DNA of 51,924 nt, counting the filler, from Sphacelaria rigidula (taxonomy: Eukaryota): assembly GCA_964200075.2 (NCBI GenBank). It is 4 parts of 4 records of this genome, joined end to end, with 100 filler letters (N's around TTAATTAATTAA, not from the genome) between each part and the next. Parts side by side here need not be neighbours in the genome. Positions count along the whole stretch, not along the records: positions 26,017 to 38,920 come from CAXNAA020003318.1; 3 more parts are not named here. One strand, written 5' to 3'. A program made the position numbers and the translations under genes. Positions 26,493-39,020 of the stretch are shown here, piece after piece. The first letter of the stretch is position 1; each line of letters opens with the position of its first letter. Below the pieces are notes generated by a model that saw nothing but the letters and a program-made list of their open reading frames with translations, did no database searches and was not told the DNA's origin.

Positions 26493-26699
26493 CCCCTCCA
26501 GCGCCAGCAGGCGATCCTTCGCTGCTGCCAAGGTAGCACGAGCCTTGTACTTGGAGCGGAAGGGCTCGGTCTCCGGATCCTTCACCTCGCACAGCTCTTC
26601 CGCCGCATGCAGCGCGACTCTAGCGATCTCGATTGAATCCTCCTTCATATGCTCAAATGCCGGGGCACTCTCACCAACAACACCCTTCACTACACTCAT
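26493..26699 (-). CDS. KIFBP: First exon of a KIF-binding protein (KBP/KIF1BP) homolog; remainder is off the contig
   Basis: MSVV...EELCEVKDPETEPFRSKYKARATLAAAK matches the recalled KBP N-terminal signature (N/D)PExEP(Y/F)xSKYxAR. Phase-0 donor ggg|gtgagc. Alternative start at 26648. Confidence 0.8.
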
Positions 26700-26970
26700 C
26701 AGCTCAACTCGGTGCTCAGCCGGGTGCCCCGAGGCGATGCAACAAGCTACTGTGCTGTAGAAGGATGACCAGTGACTGGTAATTCCCGTTGTTGAGAACC
26801 GCGGGTCCGAGAAATATGATCTTGGGCAGTAAGTGCTTTTCGGAACAGTATCCAGCTCCCCACCATCTACTAACATAATGCCAGTTGGGCTACACACGGG
26901 GAGCAGCCCGACAACGCTACTGGGGGGCGCATTGCACGGTCCGGTCATCTTTCAGGAGCTTTGCAGTATA
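26700..26970. promoter_or_regulatory. Putative bidirectional promoter / 5' UTR region
   Basis: Only 271 bp between the divergent predicted start codons. No specific elements identified. Confidence 0.5.
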
Positions 26971-29900
26971 ATGGAAGCGCGAGGTGGCAGTGCATCATGT
27001 CCAGTACGAGGTTCTGGCGAGTCTCCGACGCTGCAGGTAACAGATAAAGGATCAGCTGCCGATTGCCGTGGTCAGACCCATCAGCAACAGCAGCACGCGA
27101 GTGCCGCAACAACATCAAACCTCGCCGCAAGTGGCGGTACTGGTGATCTGTTGTCTGGCATTGCCTCGTGGATTCCTTTTCGCAGTATGATCAAGAATGG
27201 CGTGGGTAATCCAGCAACGGACTCGGGAAATGCACCGCACGACTCCAGCCTCCGTGATGGTAACAACGGAATCAGTGCGTGTCCGGCACGGGACGCGAGG
27301 ACAACAAACGCAAGTGTTTCGCATGAAAATTCCGGGGACTCTCAGCAAGGCTGTGGGTGTCCCGTGAAAGGGGGTGACCCGGCCCCTGGTGCTACGACTG
27401 CTGATGAGGCGCTGAGATTCAACAAGCTGAACAAGGAGTATGTATATGGGCAGGAGAGGGCGCATGGGCAATCGGTTCCGTTGTCGACCTCGAGGCAGAG
27501 ATCGAGCATTCCGAAGGCCGATTTCAATCCCCGTCATCAGCCTGAGGTGATATATTGTTCAGTTTGATCAAAACAGTCTAAAGTGCGAAACATACGGCAA
27601 GTAATGGAAGTGCAGTAAGGCTCGATGCTGCTGTTTTGAAGCCTGACTGCTGAATGTTTTGGCGTTGTCGGCGTTCACACACATGAGGAAATTTTGCCGA
27701 ATCCCCAGATACAGGTGGACCCCTCGCAGCAACGTTTCGCGGCTGTTCAAGATCCGTCCGAGAAAAGTTTGAAAATAGGTAGGCATACCTGAACGATGTC
27801 ATGAACCGTAGATGCCATCCCACCTTTTCTATCCTGTCTGTTTCTTGTGCGAGTAGTGCCATCAGCAATCCTGAACTGGTGTTGACACCTGCACATACCG
27901 CAACTCATACGTGAAAATGGCTTGCTCGTTTTCTGTTGGGCTTACCTATCTGCTATAAACTTGTAGCCTGCCGAGCAATGAAGAGTGTGTTCTCCGTGCT
28001 GCTTTGTTCCCGCTACCACGACAGGATACGAGAGTAGCGAGAAGAAACGAAGTCCAAATTAGTATCTCGCGGGGGCAGGGTTTATGATCAGGTTCCATTA
28101 TGGCTCGTGTGATAAAGCCCATCCTTCATGTATATGGTTTGTCCTGACCGCCTAGGCACTTCCTTGCTTTGACGCCAGTCGGATGGACTTTGGGCAGAAA
28201 TTGGAATAGTTCTTGGTCGAGGCGATTAGAGATAGCGCCTTCAAATGAAACTATTGACATGCATCAGCCCCGGGTAATACTTTTTCGTGCATAATACCGC
28301 TTCCTATAGAGCGAAATAAGTCACTGATCAAAGTTCGGGCGAACGACTTTTCTCGGTGACTTTTTTCAGAAAAGTGAGTTTTTAAAGTCCTATCTTATAG
28401 TTGTAGGAAAAAATCCCGGGGCGTTGTTTACCCAAGGACATCACCTAGCCTGCGTGCAGATGGTGGTAGTGGTCATCATTTGCATTTTGTGCTTGTGTTA
28501 CCTGCGGTAAACTACACGTCATCTCGCCCACGTACAGGACATATGAGATGGTAGCACAACGCACAGCACACGCACGCACGCACGCACGCACAAACAGTAG
28601 CTACTGGTATAATAGGGATCGAAACAACAGGTGTATCAACCCTTAGTTTAGCCGACCGCCGCTTGGTACAGTGGTAGTGTCGCAAGCTGTGCAGTGTACA
28701 GCAGTACGGTTTGTGACATACTGCAACAGTCTTGGTACACAGAATACTACAAAGTTCGCAATCGGTGGCGGGCACGACGAGTTTGAAACGACACGAGCGG
28801 TGAATACAGCCAATAAGGGCGACACTGTCTGTGCTATTTCATAGTAACGCTGCCGGCGGAAAAGTACTGTACTGTACTGTCCCTGGTCCGACGGTCATGA
28901 AGAGGATGCACGGAGTGCTGCTGCACTACGGTACTGTACATACACCATGCATAGCTACTTTTGCACTGACTATACTACACTTGTATGCGAGGAGTGTGTT
29001 CTCCATCACTGACTGTACCATCTCGGGTGCAGTGTGCGGGGATGTGTGATGGAACGTCACTTCCCAGACAGTTTGATCTCACCGAGAACTGACGGCTTTT
29101 CTCAGCGAGATTTTCCCAAATTTCGCTGTCTGGAAATGGCTCGCAGTTTCCAGAGACTTTTTTCATGAAAAATGGTCCTATAAGATCGCGTTCTGAAAAA
29201 CGTCTCTGGAAACTGACCAAAATGACTGTTTTCAGTTCCTTTTTTCAGCCTATAAGAAGCGCCCAAAGCCTGGGTGTGGCTTGATTGGTTAGTTGATAAA
29301 TGAAGCCACAACCAGCACCATATTTGGTATCACAAAACAACAGAAACAGTAGGGGCGATGGGGCCAACACGTGTGGTCATGTATGTACAAAGATTTCAGG
29401 AGAGCGGTGCGGAGGGGGGATATATGCACTCATCTTCCTCGACCGTGATAAAAAGGCTGCTCCACGCCTATTGACTTGAATTTCTTCTGCCCGAATCTCA
29501 CCAACTGCCCATGCCCCTTTAGCGTTCATCTGCGCCTACGAAGCCCACCCTCCAAGATATTTGCTGGATCTTCCGCGGATAAAACTCGAAACGATTCGCA
29601 TGGACAGTCGAACGGATCAAACCAACGTACATTCAAGATATTGTTTCTTCTCTTACGTCTTGGCATAGCAGTACATACAGAGAAACACGAACACGGATGC
29701 TTTAGCTACCCTTGTGGCGCCATTGCCCCAACCCCCTCCCCGACGAGTCCCCCGCCCTGAATTCATGTCTTTCGCGCTCCGCCAGAACGAGTCGACATGG
29801 ATGTATCCGTCAGAGCAGCAGTACTACAATGCCATCAAACGCAAGGGGCACCAGGCGGCGGCCCAGGACATGCCCATGACCCTCGCGATTCACAACGCAG

Positions 29901-32109
29901 TCAATGAGCAGGGCTGGACTATGGTCACGGAATGGGAACGATTGCACGCCTGGGGAGGTAGTGGTAATGATGTGGATGGGACCAGTGGCGGAGACATTCC
30001 GCCGCCGAAGTTGTTGCGATTCGAGGGCCGCCCGAAGGATACGTCGCCCAAAGCTTGGATTAAAACTAATCTTCTTGGCTACGCCCCGCCGTTCGATAGG
30101 TACGATTTGTGACTATGATTCAAAGAGCGATACTTCTGGTGCTCGTGAACTGGAGAAACGTTTTTCCTACAGAGAAAGAGACGTTTCCCTTATAGTAATG
30201 CTGCCGATGCTTGTAGAGAATGATGTTTCTTCTTTGAGTATCTCTCTTTAGTTGCCCGTGCTCAATCGATAGTCGCGTGTGACCTTGATCCCACTTTTTC
30301 GTTTCGTATATACGAACCCCGAGACTCTGAGCGTGTGCGTTGATTTCTCGACAGCCGATATGGCTGATCGTCTGTCAAAGGCTCTCTCACCCTCGCTTTG
30401 TGCCGAACGCAACGCTCTCTGTTCATCTCCCTCTACGCTGAGGCGCTCTCCATCCTGTTTTGTGTATGCCTTGCTGTATTTTATTGCTTAAACACCCTAT
30501 ACAGTGTCTGTAAAATATGGTGCAACAGCATACATCCTACTGCGCGATCGTTCACAAAACCCCACTCCAGCTTACACCACGACCAACAGGTTTTTGTAAC
30601 CGAGACTGTGCCGAAACTGCGCCGTTTTTTACCCCTTTTTTTCAGGCATGACTGGGTGGTCAAACGAGACGACGGCAGCGAGGCACGGTACGTCATCGAC
30701 TTTTACGCCGGACATGCGCCTCCGGCCTCGGGTTACCCGGTAGCGATGCATCTGGATGTGCGGCCAGCTCTAGACTCCGTTGACGTGAGGAGCCAAACTC
30801 TTTTTCTTCGTTTACATACTTCTGAATATGTTTATAGTATATTTCGTATACCAAGCAATGAAATGTACATTGCTTGGTTTTGAAGACTTTCCTTTCTTGC
30901 ATGTCTTGAGGGACTGCAGGAACTTCGCACTTGAATACCAAAACGACCTGCCTTCGTATATACTTTCACGTGAAGTTGGGAGTGGAGCAGGGATAGCCTT
31001 ATGCGCCTCATTTGGCCTACTCGTAGTAGTAGTAGGAGTGGTCCCTGGGGCCCGTTCACGTTCATGTGCCGCGGCGAGAGTTCCTGTGTTTGAGTGCACG
31101 AACCCGGCGATACCTCACCAAGTATACTCCCGCTTTTGACGATGGCCTCATGTTGGGCGGCACTCTTTTTGTTGTTTTCCGTTTGCGGTTTATTCAGTGT
31201 TGCACTGCACTCCGCTGCATCATTGTTTGTGTGATGGGGCCGTTCAGCCCCAGACTGTCGTGACAATGCATAACTCCTGTACTTTGGCCTCCACAGCTGC
31301 GCGTGGTGGAAATCAGTGAATCTGGGGTATATACTAGAGCTCGGAAATGGTTTGCTCAACCATTAACCAGTTGAATGGTTACGCGTAGCGCACTCATTAA
31401 CCAATTACATGGTACATAATGGTTTGGTCATCGAGCGGCGCAGCCGCGTGCCAAAAAGCCTCCCCCGGCAGAGGGGACCCCGCCGAAGGTGCCCGCGGAG
31501 GGCCCCGCTGGAGGCGTCGTGCCGGAGGCACGTTTATACGCGATTTGGCTTCACTAGAGCTAAGAAATACCTCAAATTTGGGCCATTGTTCAAGGGCTGG
31601 ATGTAGCATACGTAGCCGGTAACGGCTTATAAAGCCTGTAACGGTAGTAATTGTTCGAAACCATTATCCAAAATTTTCATGTAACCTATTACCATTATTA
31701 CCATTATAATGATAGTGGCCAGTTATAACTGGTACCATTTCCGAGCTCTAGTATATACGCCAATTATATCTGAACCCATCTCTCACACATGCAAATGGCA
31801 CAGTGACCTCGTATATGAAGTGCATCTCAGTCCGAATAGAGTCTGCGCTCCTCACCCTGTTCTTTCTTGATGGCTTTGCTCAATCTTGCACGTATACAAT
31901 CTGCTATATCTGTCACGCAGGCGGTGGTGGACCGCGCTCGCATGTTCTATAGTAAGACTGTGCGGCCTCGCCTTAGCGGGGTAGTGGACGCCTTCACAGC
32001 TAGCGGTAGTACCGGTACCGACGCCGCGGGCTCAGATTCCAGAACCGCCACTTCGTCGGGGCAAGACGCTCCGCCCTCCGCAGCGACGGGCGGCGGGGTG
32101 GGGCGGTGA
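26971..32109 (+). CDS. HCCS: Holocytochrome c/c1 synthase (cytochrome c heme lyase), 4 exons, ~405 aa
   Basis: Exons 26971-27546, 29786-30099, 30646-30784 and 31921-32109, all GT-AG and phase-consistent (1218 nt). Motifs: N-terminal CPV/CPA, LSTxRxxSSIP, WMYPSEQQYYNAIKRKG, IHNAVNEQGW, PFDR|HDW, RYVIDFY, LDVRPALD. Start codon less certain. Confidence 0.95.
31335..31750. mobile_element. 416-bp hAT-type MITE in HCCS intron 3
   Basis: Perfect 17-bp TIR TAGAGCTCGGAAATGGT...ACCATTTCCGAGCTCTA. Identical 8-bp TSD GTATATAC at 31327-31334 and 31751-31758. Subterminal AATGGT/ACCATT repeats. Confidence 0.92.
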
Positions 32110-32721
32110 CATACGATTACTACAAAGTACTCAGAAGTTTAGAGGCTGTGATGGTAGTGGTGATGGTGGGGTTGTTGAGGACGGGAGCGAGACTTGTGCA
32201 TGTGTGAAAAAATGACGAGTCCTGGACGGTCGACGAACACTTGTGTGGGAAATTCCCTCGTTTGTGGTGATATCCGCGTCGCTTCCCCCTTTCATGAGCC
32301 TCGCCGTGGGTCCTTGACGAGAAGAGGGTTCGAGGGGGAACTTTTCCCGCCTGCTGGCGGTGAGGATACTTGTACACCGTTTGCGCACGTCTCGTGCGTG
32401 TGTTGAATTGCCAAGCCAGCAATCCACAATGTGGAGAAGAGTTTTCCACAATTTCGTGAGCTCCGCTTGCTCTAGTAGTTGTCCACCATTCTTCTGGTGC
32501 CACATCAATTAATCATTGTTCATGTTGTCCTCTTGATTTAGGGGGGTAGGGGGGGCGTTCCATTCATCACCTCATAGGTCGGAGCCGCGATCAGAATGCG
32601 GGACCTACTCATGATGCATATGGGGTTACCTCGTGGTGTCGCCATTGTGAGAAGATTGTGGTACCTTGGCGGACACCTGTAGGAACTTTTCCCTTTTGTG
32701 TGATTACCGCCGCTCCCTGAT

Positions 32722-32790
32722 ATGATAGTCTAAATGATACAACTGACCTGTTAGATCGAAAGATTGGGGGTTCAAATCTCGGCAGGTACG
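32722..32790 (+). mobile_element. Possible decayed tRNA-like head of a second SINE family
   Basis: A-box-like TAGTCTAAATG and B-box-like GGTTCAAATCT at tRNA-like spacing. Single copy here; no intact cloverleaf. Confidence 0.3.
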
Positions 32791-34831
32791 TTTGGGTTCG
32801 TTTCTGGAAAGGTGACGACGACAATAGCTGAGAAAGCGTATTTGACGAAAGAGATCCCGTGGAACCGCAGACTCATCCCGCGGAAGGGGCAAGGGTTGAA
32901 AGTGTAAAGACAAAGAGACAAGAGGCAAAAGCCATGTGTTCGCGCTTTTTCGGTGCTTTTCCATGTTTTTTGTTGATCCACGAACAAGTTTGCTACGATT
33001 GCAGTATTGGCGCTACTGTCGGTGCAGATCGGGAACACAAGCCCTTGAGCCGAGCCCGTCGATGGGTGCAAGCATAACTCTTCGATCATTGCAATGAACC
33101 GGCGGCTCTACAATTCACGTAGCCTGAGAACACCTGCACTATGAGTCGACGCCCTCGGCGTATGGCATATGTGTATCAGGTTACAAAAGACAGCGTAATC
33201 GATAGACAGAAATCCTTGTATACTTTACCATGTGGTGCGGGCAAACGCCATGCTTCGGCGCTGTGTGCAATTGAGAAGCCGAACCAACCCGTACCTACCA
33301 TGCATTTCGGTAACGGTATTTTCCTGACTACTAGAGTACACACCTTCTGCACAAACTTACACATCATGATGGCACGCTACAAACATTCTCCATGCGATCA
33401 ACGGCCTAACTACACAACACAAAACACGAACATGTCAAAACCTGAATCCTAATTAATGTACTGTCTATCAAAGAAGGTTCATGTATATCTACGAAACGCA
33501 TCTGAGATCGACGTGACAAAAAAAGAAGCGGGCAAAACTCGCTTCAGGACAACACTACCGCCTTCTTTTGAGTTCGGCAAGCGGCGACCGTTCTTGACAC
33601 AAGACAAAAAAAAAAAGAGTGATACTTGTCAAACGCGAAAGACAAACAAAAGTTCACAAGGCGAAACACACAGAGCACAAGTCTACCCAACACTCAACGT
33701 CCTGTAACCGTCGTCTAAAGGCACACAGATTCGACAACTTTTTTTTATAGTATTGGTCACAGAACAAATTCCAAAAAGCAAGATGAACCTCTCCACCCCC
33801 CAAAACTCCCGAAAAGGGATGCTAAAGTCACAGCACCAAATACAAGGTAACCTACGAACAAGAAACAAACAAAGAACGGCTGCAGGAAACCTAATGTCAG
33901 GGCGTGTGTTGATACTCCAAAACTGCAAACATGGAACTCACGTGACATAGGCGTAGCCTCTGTTGTGGTCACATTTGCTTCCTATACGTTCTAGGTAATA
34001 AAAAATGAAACACGAATAAAGGTGAAATCACCATAGTGGATATGCTTTACTTGTATACAAAAAATTGAACGATACTTCCGCCTGACGCACGGAGTAATTC
34101 ATGCACCATGCTAGAGCTGCCTGTACACGAACCCCAACCGCGTATAGTAGAATGAAGAAAATGAACATTAAACTCATGATCACCTGCATGACGAACACAC
34201 ACAACCAGAGTATAAACTGCACACCCAGGGGAGAATAACAACATGAATGAACGACTGGCGCTGTGATATTGGTGTCGCGCATACGGCGAGACGAGTGAAA
34301 GTGCTCATGGGGAAGACGTCTGCTTGACCGTCCCCATCAGCTTGCTGAAACGTCTTCATTTGACAAAGAGAAAACAAACAATGGAAAGTGAGCGACCAAC
34401 GATGCACATGCACCAAACGCATAGTAACGGCTGTTTTTCGGCAAAAGGTCACTAGTGCACGCACACAACACCAACACACAGATCGACCTGATTCACACAG
34501 AACGCTTTCGGCAACACAACGTTTCGCTCCGGTGTTGGCTGAGATCGAGTAAAAGCTCGATAGATACCCATCTCGGCCAACACACCGACATAGAACACAA
34601 ACATACGAACATGCACACGCACACGCACCATCTACACACAAAAACACACCGGCATCACCCCACGCCCGGAGTCTGCCCTACCCTACCCTACTTATCAAGC
34701 GACGAAAACGACCACCACCCTCTTCTTTGACTATCATGCTCCGGAAGATCTGCAATCAATAACAAGCAGACCGTTTCGCGTGTTCCTCACGTACCCTCAC
34801 GCCTCCCGATATCTCATTCGTTTTGGTTCGT

Positions 34832-37800
34832 TCACCCCTCAACATCCACACCATGAGCCTCCAACCTCCTCCGCCTCCAACTCACAGCACTTTTGGACCT
34901 TTGCTCAAGCTCGTCGGCATTCACACCCACGCCGCCTCCCACGAACCCTGTCGCCGAAGATCTCCTTTGCACCACAATCTTAGGGCGGCGCCAGCCCCAG
35001 CATCCTCCTCCTCGAGCCCCGCCGCCGCCACCACCACGCAGGGAGTCCTGAATTTCTCCAGCGGTGGCGACAGCCGCCGCGCCCTTGCCGGCAGCAGCAG
35101 ATGCTTGTGAGTTTGTTTCTGAGCGCTTGCCAGCGGTCCGCGCCATGGCTGCTAGCTGCTGCATCCACGTTGGGATAGCGGACGTGTCCGTCTCGGCGGG
35201 GTCGCTCCCGTACCTTTTCGTTTTTTGGGGGTGGGGATGGAAGCAGTGTGTGGAGGTGGTGGGAAGGGGGCAGGAGCGAATCTATTGACGCTGCAGTCCC
35301 CTTTGCCGTGTCGAGAGCATGCAGAAGTGCATCTGGAATACAGTGTTTTCAATCGGGTGCGTCAAAGTACTGTTGCTTCCTTGCAAAACCTAGTGGACTA
35401 ACTCGCACCTGGCGGCATAGACAGTTGTGATGACCCTGCTCACATCCTCGTACGCGGCGCTCTCCTTCGCGATCTCGAGAATCTCCTCCGGGATTTCGTT
35501 TTCCTCCTTTACTACATCCTGCTCGGCACTTGTCCTCATCCCCTCATCTTCGTCTTCCATAGGTTCCACAGCATTAGTCGCTACCGATGTTACACCATCA
35601 GCGGTAGCAGAGGCACCGGCCTCATCTTCCCCGACCTCAGCATTTTCCACGGCGTCACTACTTGCCGACGGGGGTCTTTCCGCACCTCCAGCCGCCGCGG
35701 TCTCTTCCGCCGACTCAGTCCCCGCATACTTCTCCCGTGGGGAGGACCCCGAGGAGTCTTGCTGAAAGATTGAGCCCGGCCGATCGGCTTCAGACTTCAC
35801 CGAGGACGAATCTGAAGGCAATGATTGCAACCGATCCTCCTCTTCCTCCTCTTCTCCGATGCCCGGGATCCCGATGAGCGCCGGTGGGTTCTTCGTACGG
35901 CACACCATTCTCTGCCGAGGGAGGGCAACCAGGCGGGGCGGTTATTTTGATGGCAAGGGCGAGCAAGGAACCTCCGACAAATCGCACCTGCGTCCTTACA
36001 GACAAGAGCACAACACGTGGCCACGTGGCCACTTCTGTCAACGCGTCAGGGTATGTGCTCCCTCCACGAATATTAGCTGCACTCCAGGCATACTACTCTC
36101 CATGTTCTGATCAAAAGGCTGATTCATAACCCTTTCAGCGAGACTTGCCCTTTTTTCGAAGTGTCTAATCACGGTTAGCTTTTGTGTGACGTGATGACGA
36201 TAAGCAAAGAAGCTCTCCAGCACCAAAAAACACACACACTTGACATAATCCGAACATGCCAAACAGGTAGTATACTGCTACCAAAAGCGTAAGCTGTTGC
36301 TCTCGCGCGGTGAGGTGGACGGGAAGAGACATCCCGTTGTTCACCTGCACGTCAGATACATCCTGGAACGCAAGCTCACAGCACGCGCGGCGGAGGCCAC
36401 CACCGTTGCCCCAGGCCGCGGATGTGTCCGCTGCAAAGTGCAAGGCGAGAGCTCTGGCCAGTAGCGCATTTGTATCCGCCATAGCCTGAAAAACGACAGA
36501 GCAGGGGGTGGGTGGGCGGGGGTGTATTACACGAGTATACCATACCCCCGCCGCCGCCTCCCTCCCTCCCGTTGCACACAAAACACACGTCTCGCAGCCA
36601 CGTAAGGTGTGTTGTCTTTCGTGCTCAAATTCCAGTGGGCAAAAACAGAAGCAATACACCTTCCAACGGGAGGGAGAACAACGAACGCACTTTGACCCGT
36701 CCAAGGAGAAGACACAAGACAGGAATGCAGAGCGGGACATGTGGGACACCAACCCTTCTATACCCTCTCACCTTCCGGAGTTGGCGGGTACTGGTGAGGG
36801 TTTCCCACGAGCGGAACGCGTTCATGGCATTCTCCAACCGCCGTCCACGCGTTGATAGATACCCGCAGTAAACCTAGTGCCGAGAATTGAATGAAAAAGA
36901 GGAGCGTCAGATTTGACGCGAGGGCAGGGGATGAGCGTATGCCGGCGGTCGGAGTGACGGTGGTCCTCATGCGTGTCTGTTAGCCATGTGGCAGTGAACA
37001 CCAAGTGATTGCGGGAGAAAGAGGTCATTCACGAACGGATAAGCGGTCAGTGAGACACAGTTGGTGCCCAAGCCACATGTCATGGGCACAACATTAAGGA
37101 TCAGCACGTACGATAACCACGAGAACAAAATGATAACAGCGGCAAGCAATAACAGCATGAACTACACGAGTACGAGAAGCGTGTGCTCCCGTCCTGATTT
37201 TGACAGAATGCAACAAGACAAAAAATCACTTTGGAGTCTGACGGGCTTTCCACACCTTGAGCCAGGGGGCGTGCTTCCCGCCGCTAGTGCGGATGTGCTT
37301 CCCTAGCTCTCCTGCTCCGTCCGCCCATTTCTCCTTGATGAACGCCGAAAACCTTTTAATGTTCGCATTGGAACGAAACGCAGCACGAAGCGCAGCACAC
37401 TTTCACCATATCGGTTGCATTTTTCCATATCCGGATCCTTATACGAGTACAAGCATTCGACTAGAACTTTTGTAGTGCTTAGGGTAACATATAGCCTCGG
37501 ATTGAGTCCATCTCTGCAGTGTGCAACCACTTCAAGCACGCACGGTGTTACCCTCACGTGAGTGAACTGCAGCGCCGCCGTTGTGACGATGGTAAATCAA
37601 CACAATTTTGTGGGAAGATCTTTGTGTATCGACATCGCGACAGAGCAGTCGCTTTTCGAGTTTCCGTTATAGTTTTGATTGATTTGTCTTCGTGTGTCTT
37701 TCTTGGTTCTTTCCATTTTTTTCACCCCTTGGTCGACCCTGTTCCATCTTTTTGCTTTATCGACTGTTCTTCAGCGAGTGTTTCCGTTTTGCTTATATCG

Positions 37801-38219
37801 CGGGTACATCTACCATGAGAATAATGACCACGACTGGATCATGACTACCTGGGGGATCACTCAAGGAGCGACAATCAATCAATCAATATCAATCAAGTCC
37901 TTCGGAGAAGACAAAACAAACAGCTGACAAGGGAAAAATGAGAGGCTCGATGACCGCCGACGGGTTGCGCGTGGGTGCCGATCTCAACACTCTAAAATGA
38001 AGTACAAAGAGTAAAAGAACTGAGGAAGAGTCAAGTCGGTTGACTCTTCACGCTTCGGGCTCGTCGCAAGCCGAAGGATGAAGGAGGCCAGGGAGGTTTA
38101 ACACCTGACCTCTGGGTGACTGGCAACAACACTTGTCAGCACGACCGCCCTCCCGAATCACGGGGACATGTGATCTGGGCGGCAAATCTAGAGTGATTGT
38201 TTTTGGCATCATCACGGGG
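34832..38219 (-). CDS. Partial multi-exon hypothetical protein with acidic low-complexity C-terminal region
   Basis: Phase-consistent exon chain: 38219-38105(?), 37566-37496(?), 37352-37256, 36873-36772, 36485-36345, 35911-35444, 35158-34832. Splices to ...FSAFIKEKW...PWLK|VYCGYL...RQLRK|AMADTNALLARAL...DVQ|RMVCRTKNPP...AAYED|QLAAMAR... The first two exons and the 3' end are uncertain. No family recognised. Confidence 0.7.
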
Positions 38220-38859
38220 CTGTTGGCAAACAAATAAGACCCACGAAAACAGGAAGGATAGGCCAAATACTGGTTCCTACTTGTTCATGGAACGACGTCC
38301 ACAGGCAGACGGCTTCCCTCGGTGTGTTTATTCTCTCATCGGCACAACATTAAGCGTGTATTTGTCGCCACGGCCTCCCTTAAACTTCAGGGGCCACATA
38401 TGACCGGGGCGGCACTTACAGCGTGGTGATCGTCATCTAGTAAGTAAGAACTTTTTTTTTGTATCTTCAGCTGTAGCTACAGCGTTTCAGGGGGGAGGGG
38501 GGGGGCGCATAGAAGATTTGTCCTTGTTACGACACTGTCGATGGGCAAATCGTTTTATTTGACATTTTTCAGGAGGAACAGAGATCAGCAAAACAACACT
38601 GTTTAAAAAATAATGTAGATGAGCAACGGTATCCTTGAGCATTAACTTTACTCGCTGATCGGCACGCATTGCCTGTACTTGTCGTCACGCCCCGTCGGTT
38701 ATTGAGAGAGCGTACGAGCTGAGCCAGCCGAGAAGAGATTCTGTACTTTGCAGGCCCATTATACGGCCAATACTTGGAGTTGGATCCTGAAATTTGGTAT
38801 GGACAATGAGTAGGGTATATTAAAAAAATTACGAGTGCACACAAAAGTTTTTTTTTTTT

Positions 38860-38920
38860 TTCATGAGTTAGGGGCATTTTACCGATATCTGAAAACTGAT
38901 TATTGCCCTTAACTCATGAA
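38860..38920. repeat. Short inverted repeat at the contig end
   Basis: ttcatgagttaggggca / tgcccttaactcatgaa: 17-bp arms, 1 mismatch, 27-bp loop. Confidence 0.8.
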
Positions 38921-39020
38921 NNNNNNNNNNNNNNNNNNNNNNNNNNNNNNNNNNNNNNNNNNNNTTAATTAATTAANNNNNNNNNNNNNNNNNNNNNNNN
39001 NNNNNNNNNNNNNNNNNNNN
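38921..39020. other. Artificial contig spacer
   Basis: N44-TTAATTAATTAA-N44. Confidence 0.98.

Noticed and set aside
26833..26970. N-terminal extension of HCCS given by the ORF track
   Set aside because: Starts at GTG and overlaps the probable divergent promoter; the ATG at 26971 precedes the first CPV motif.
29144..29215. 22-bp inverted repeat in HCCS intron 1 as a structured ncRNA or terminator
   Set aside because: The hairpin is real (1 mismatch), but it is most simply an internal part of a MITE remnant; no other ncRNA evidence.
34307..34354. Extra terminal exon (RFSKLMGTVKQTSSP*) of the minus-strand hypothetical gene
   Set aside because: Phase-compatible, but it has a weak aag acceptor and the previous exon already has an in-frame stop; undecidable without transcripts.
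35790..36041. Exon starting at cag|GTGCGA (35987)
   Set aside because: It runs into a stop and is out of frame with the long acidic frame; the acceptor at 35911 gives a phase-consistent model.
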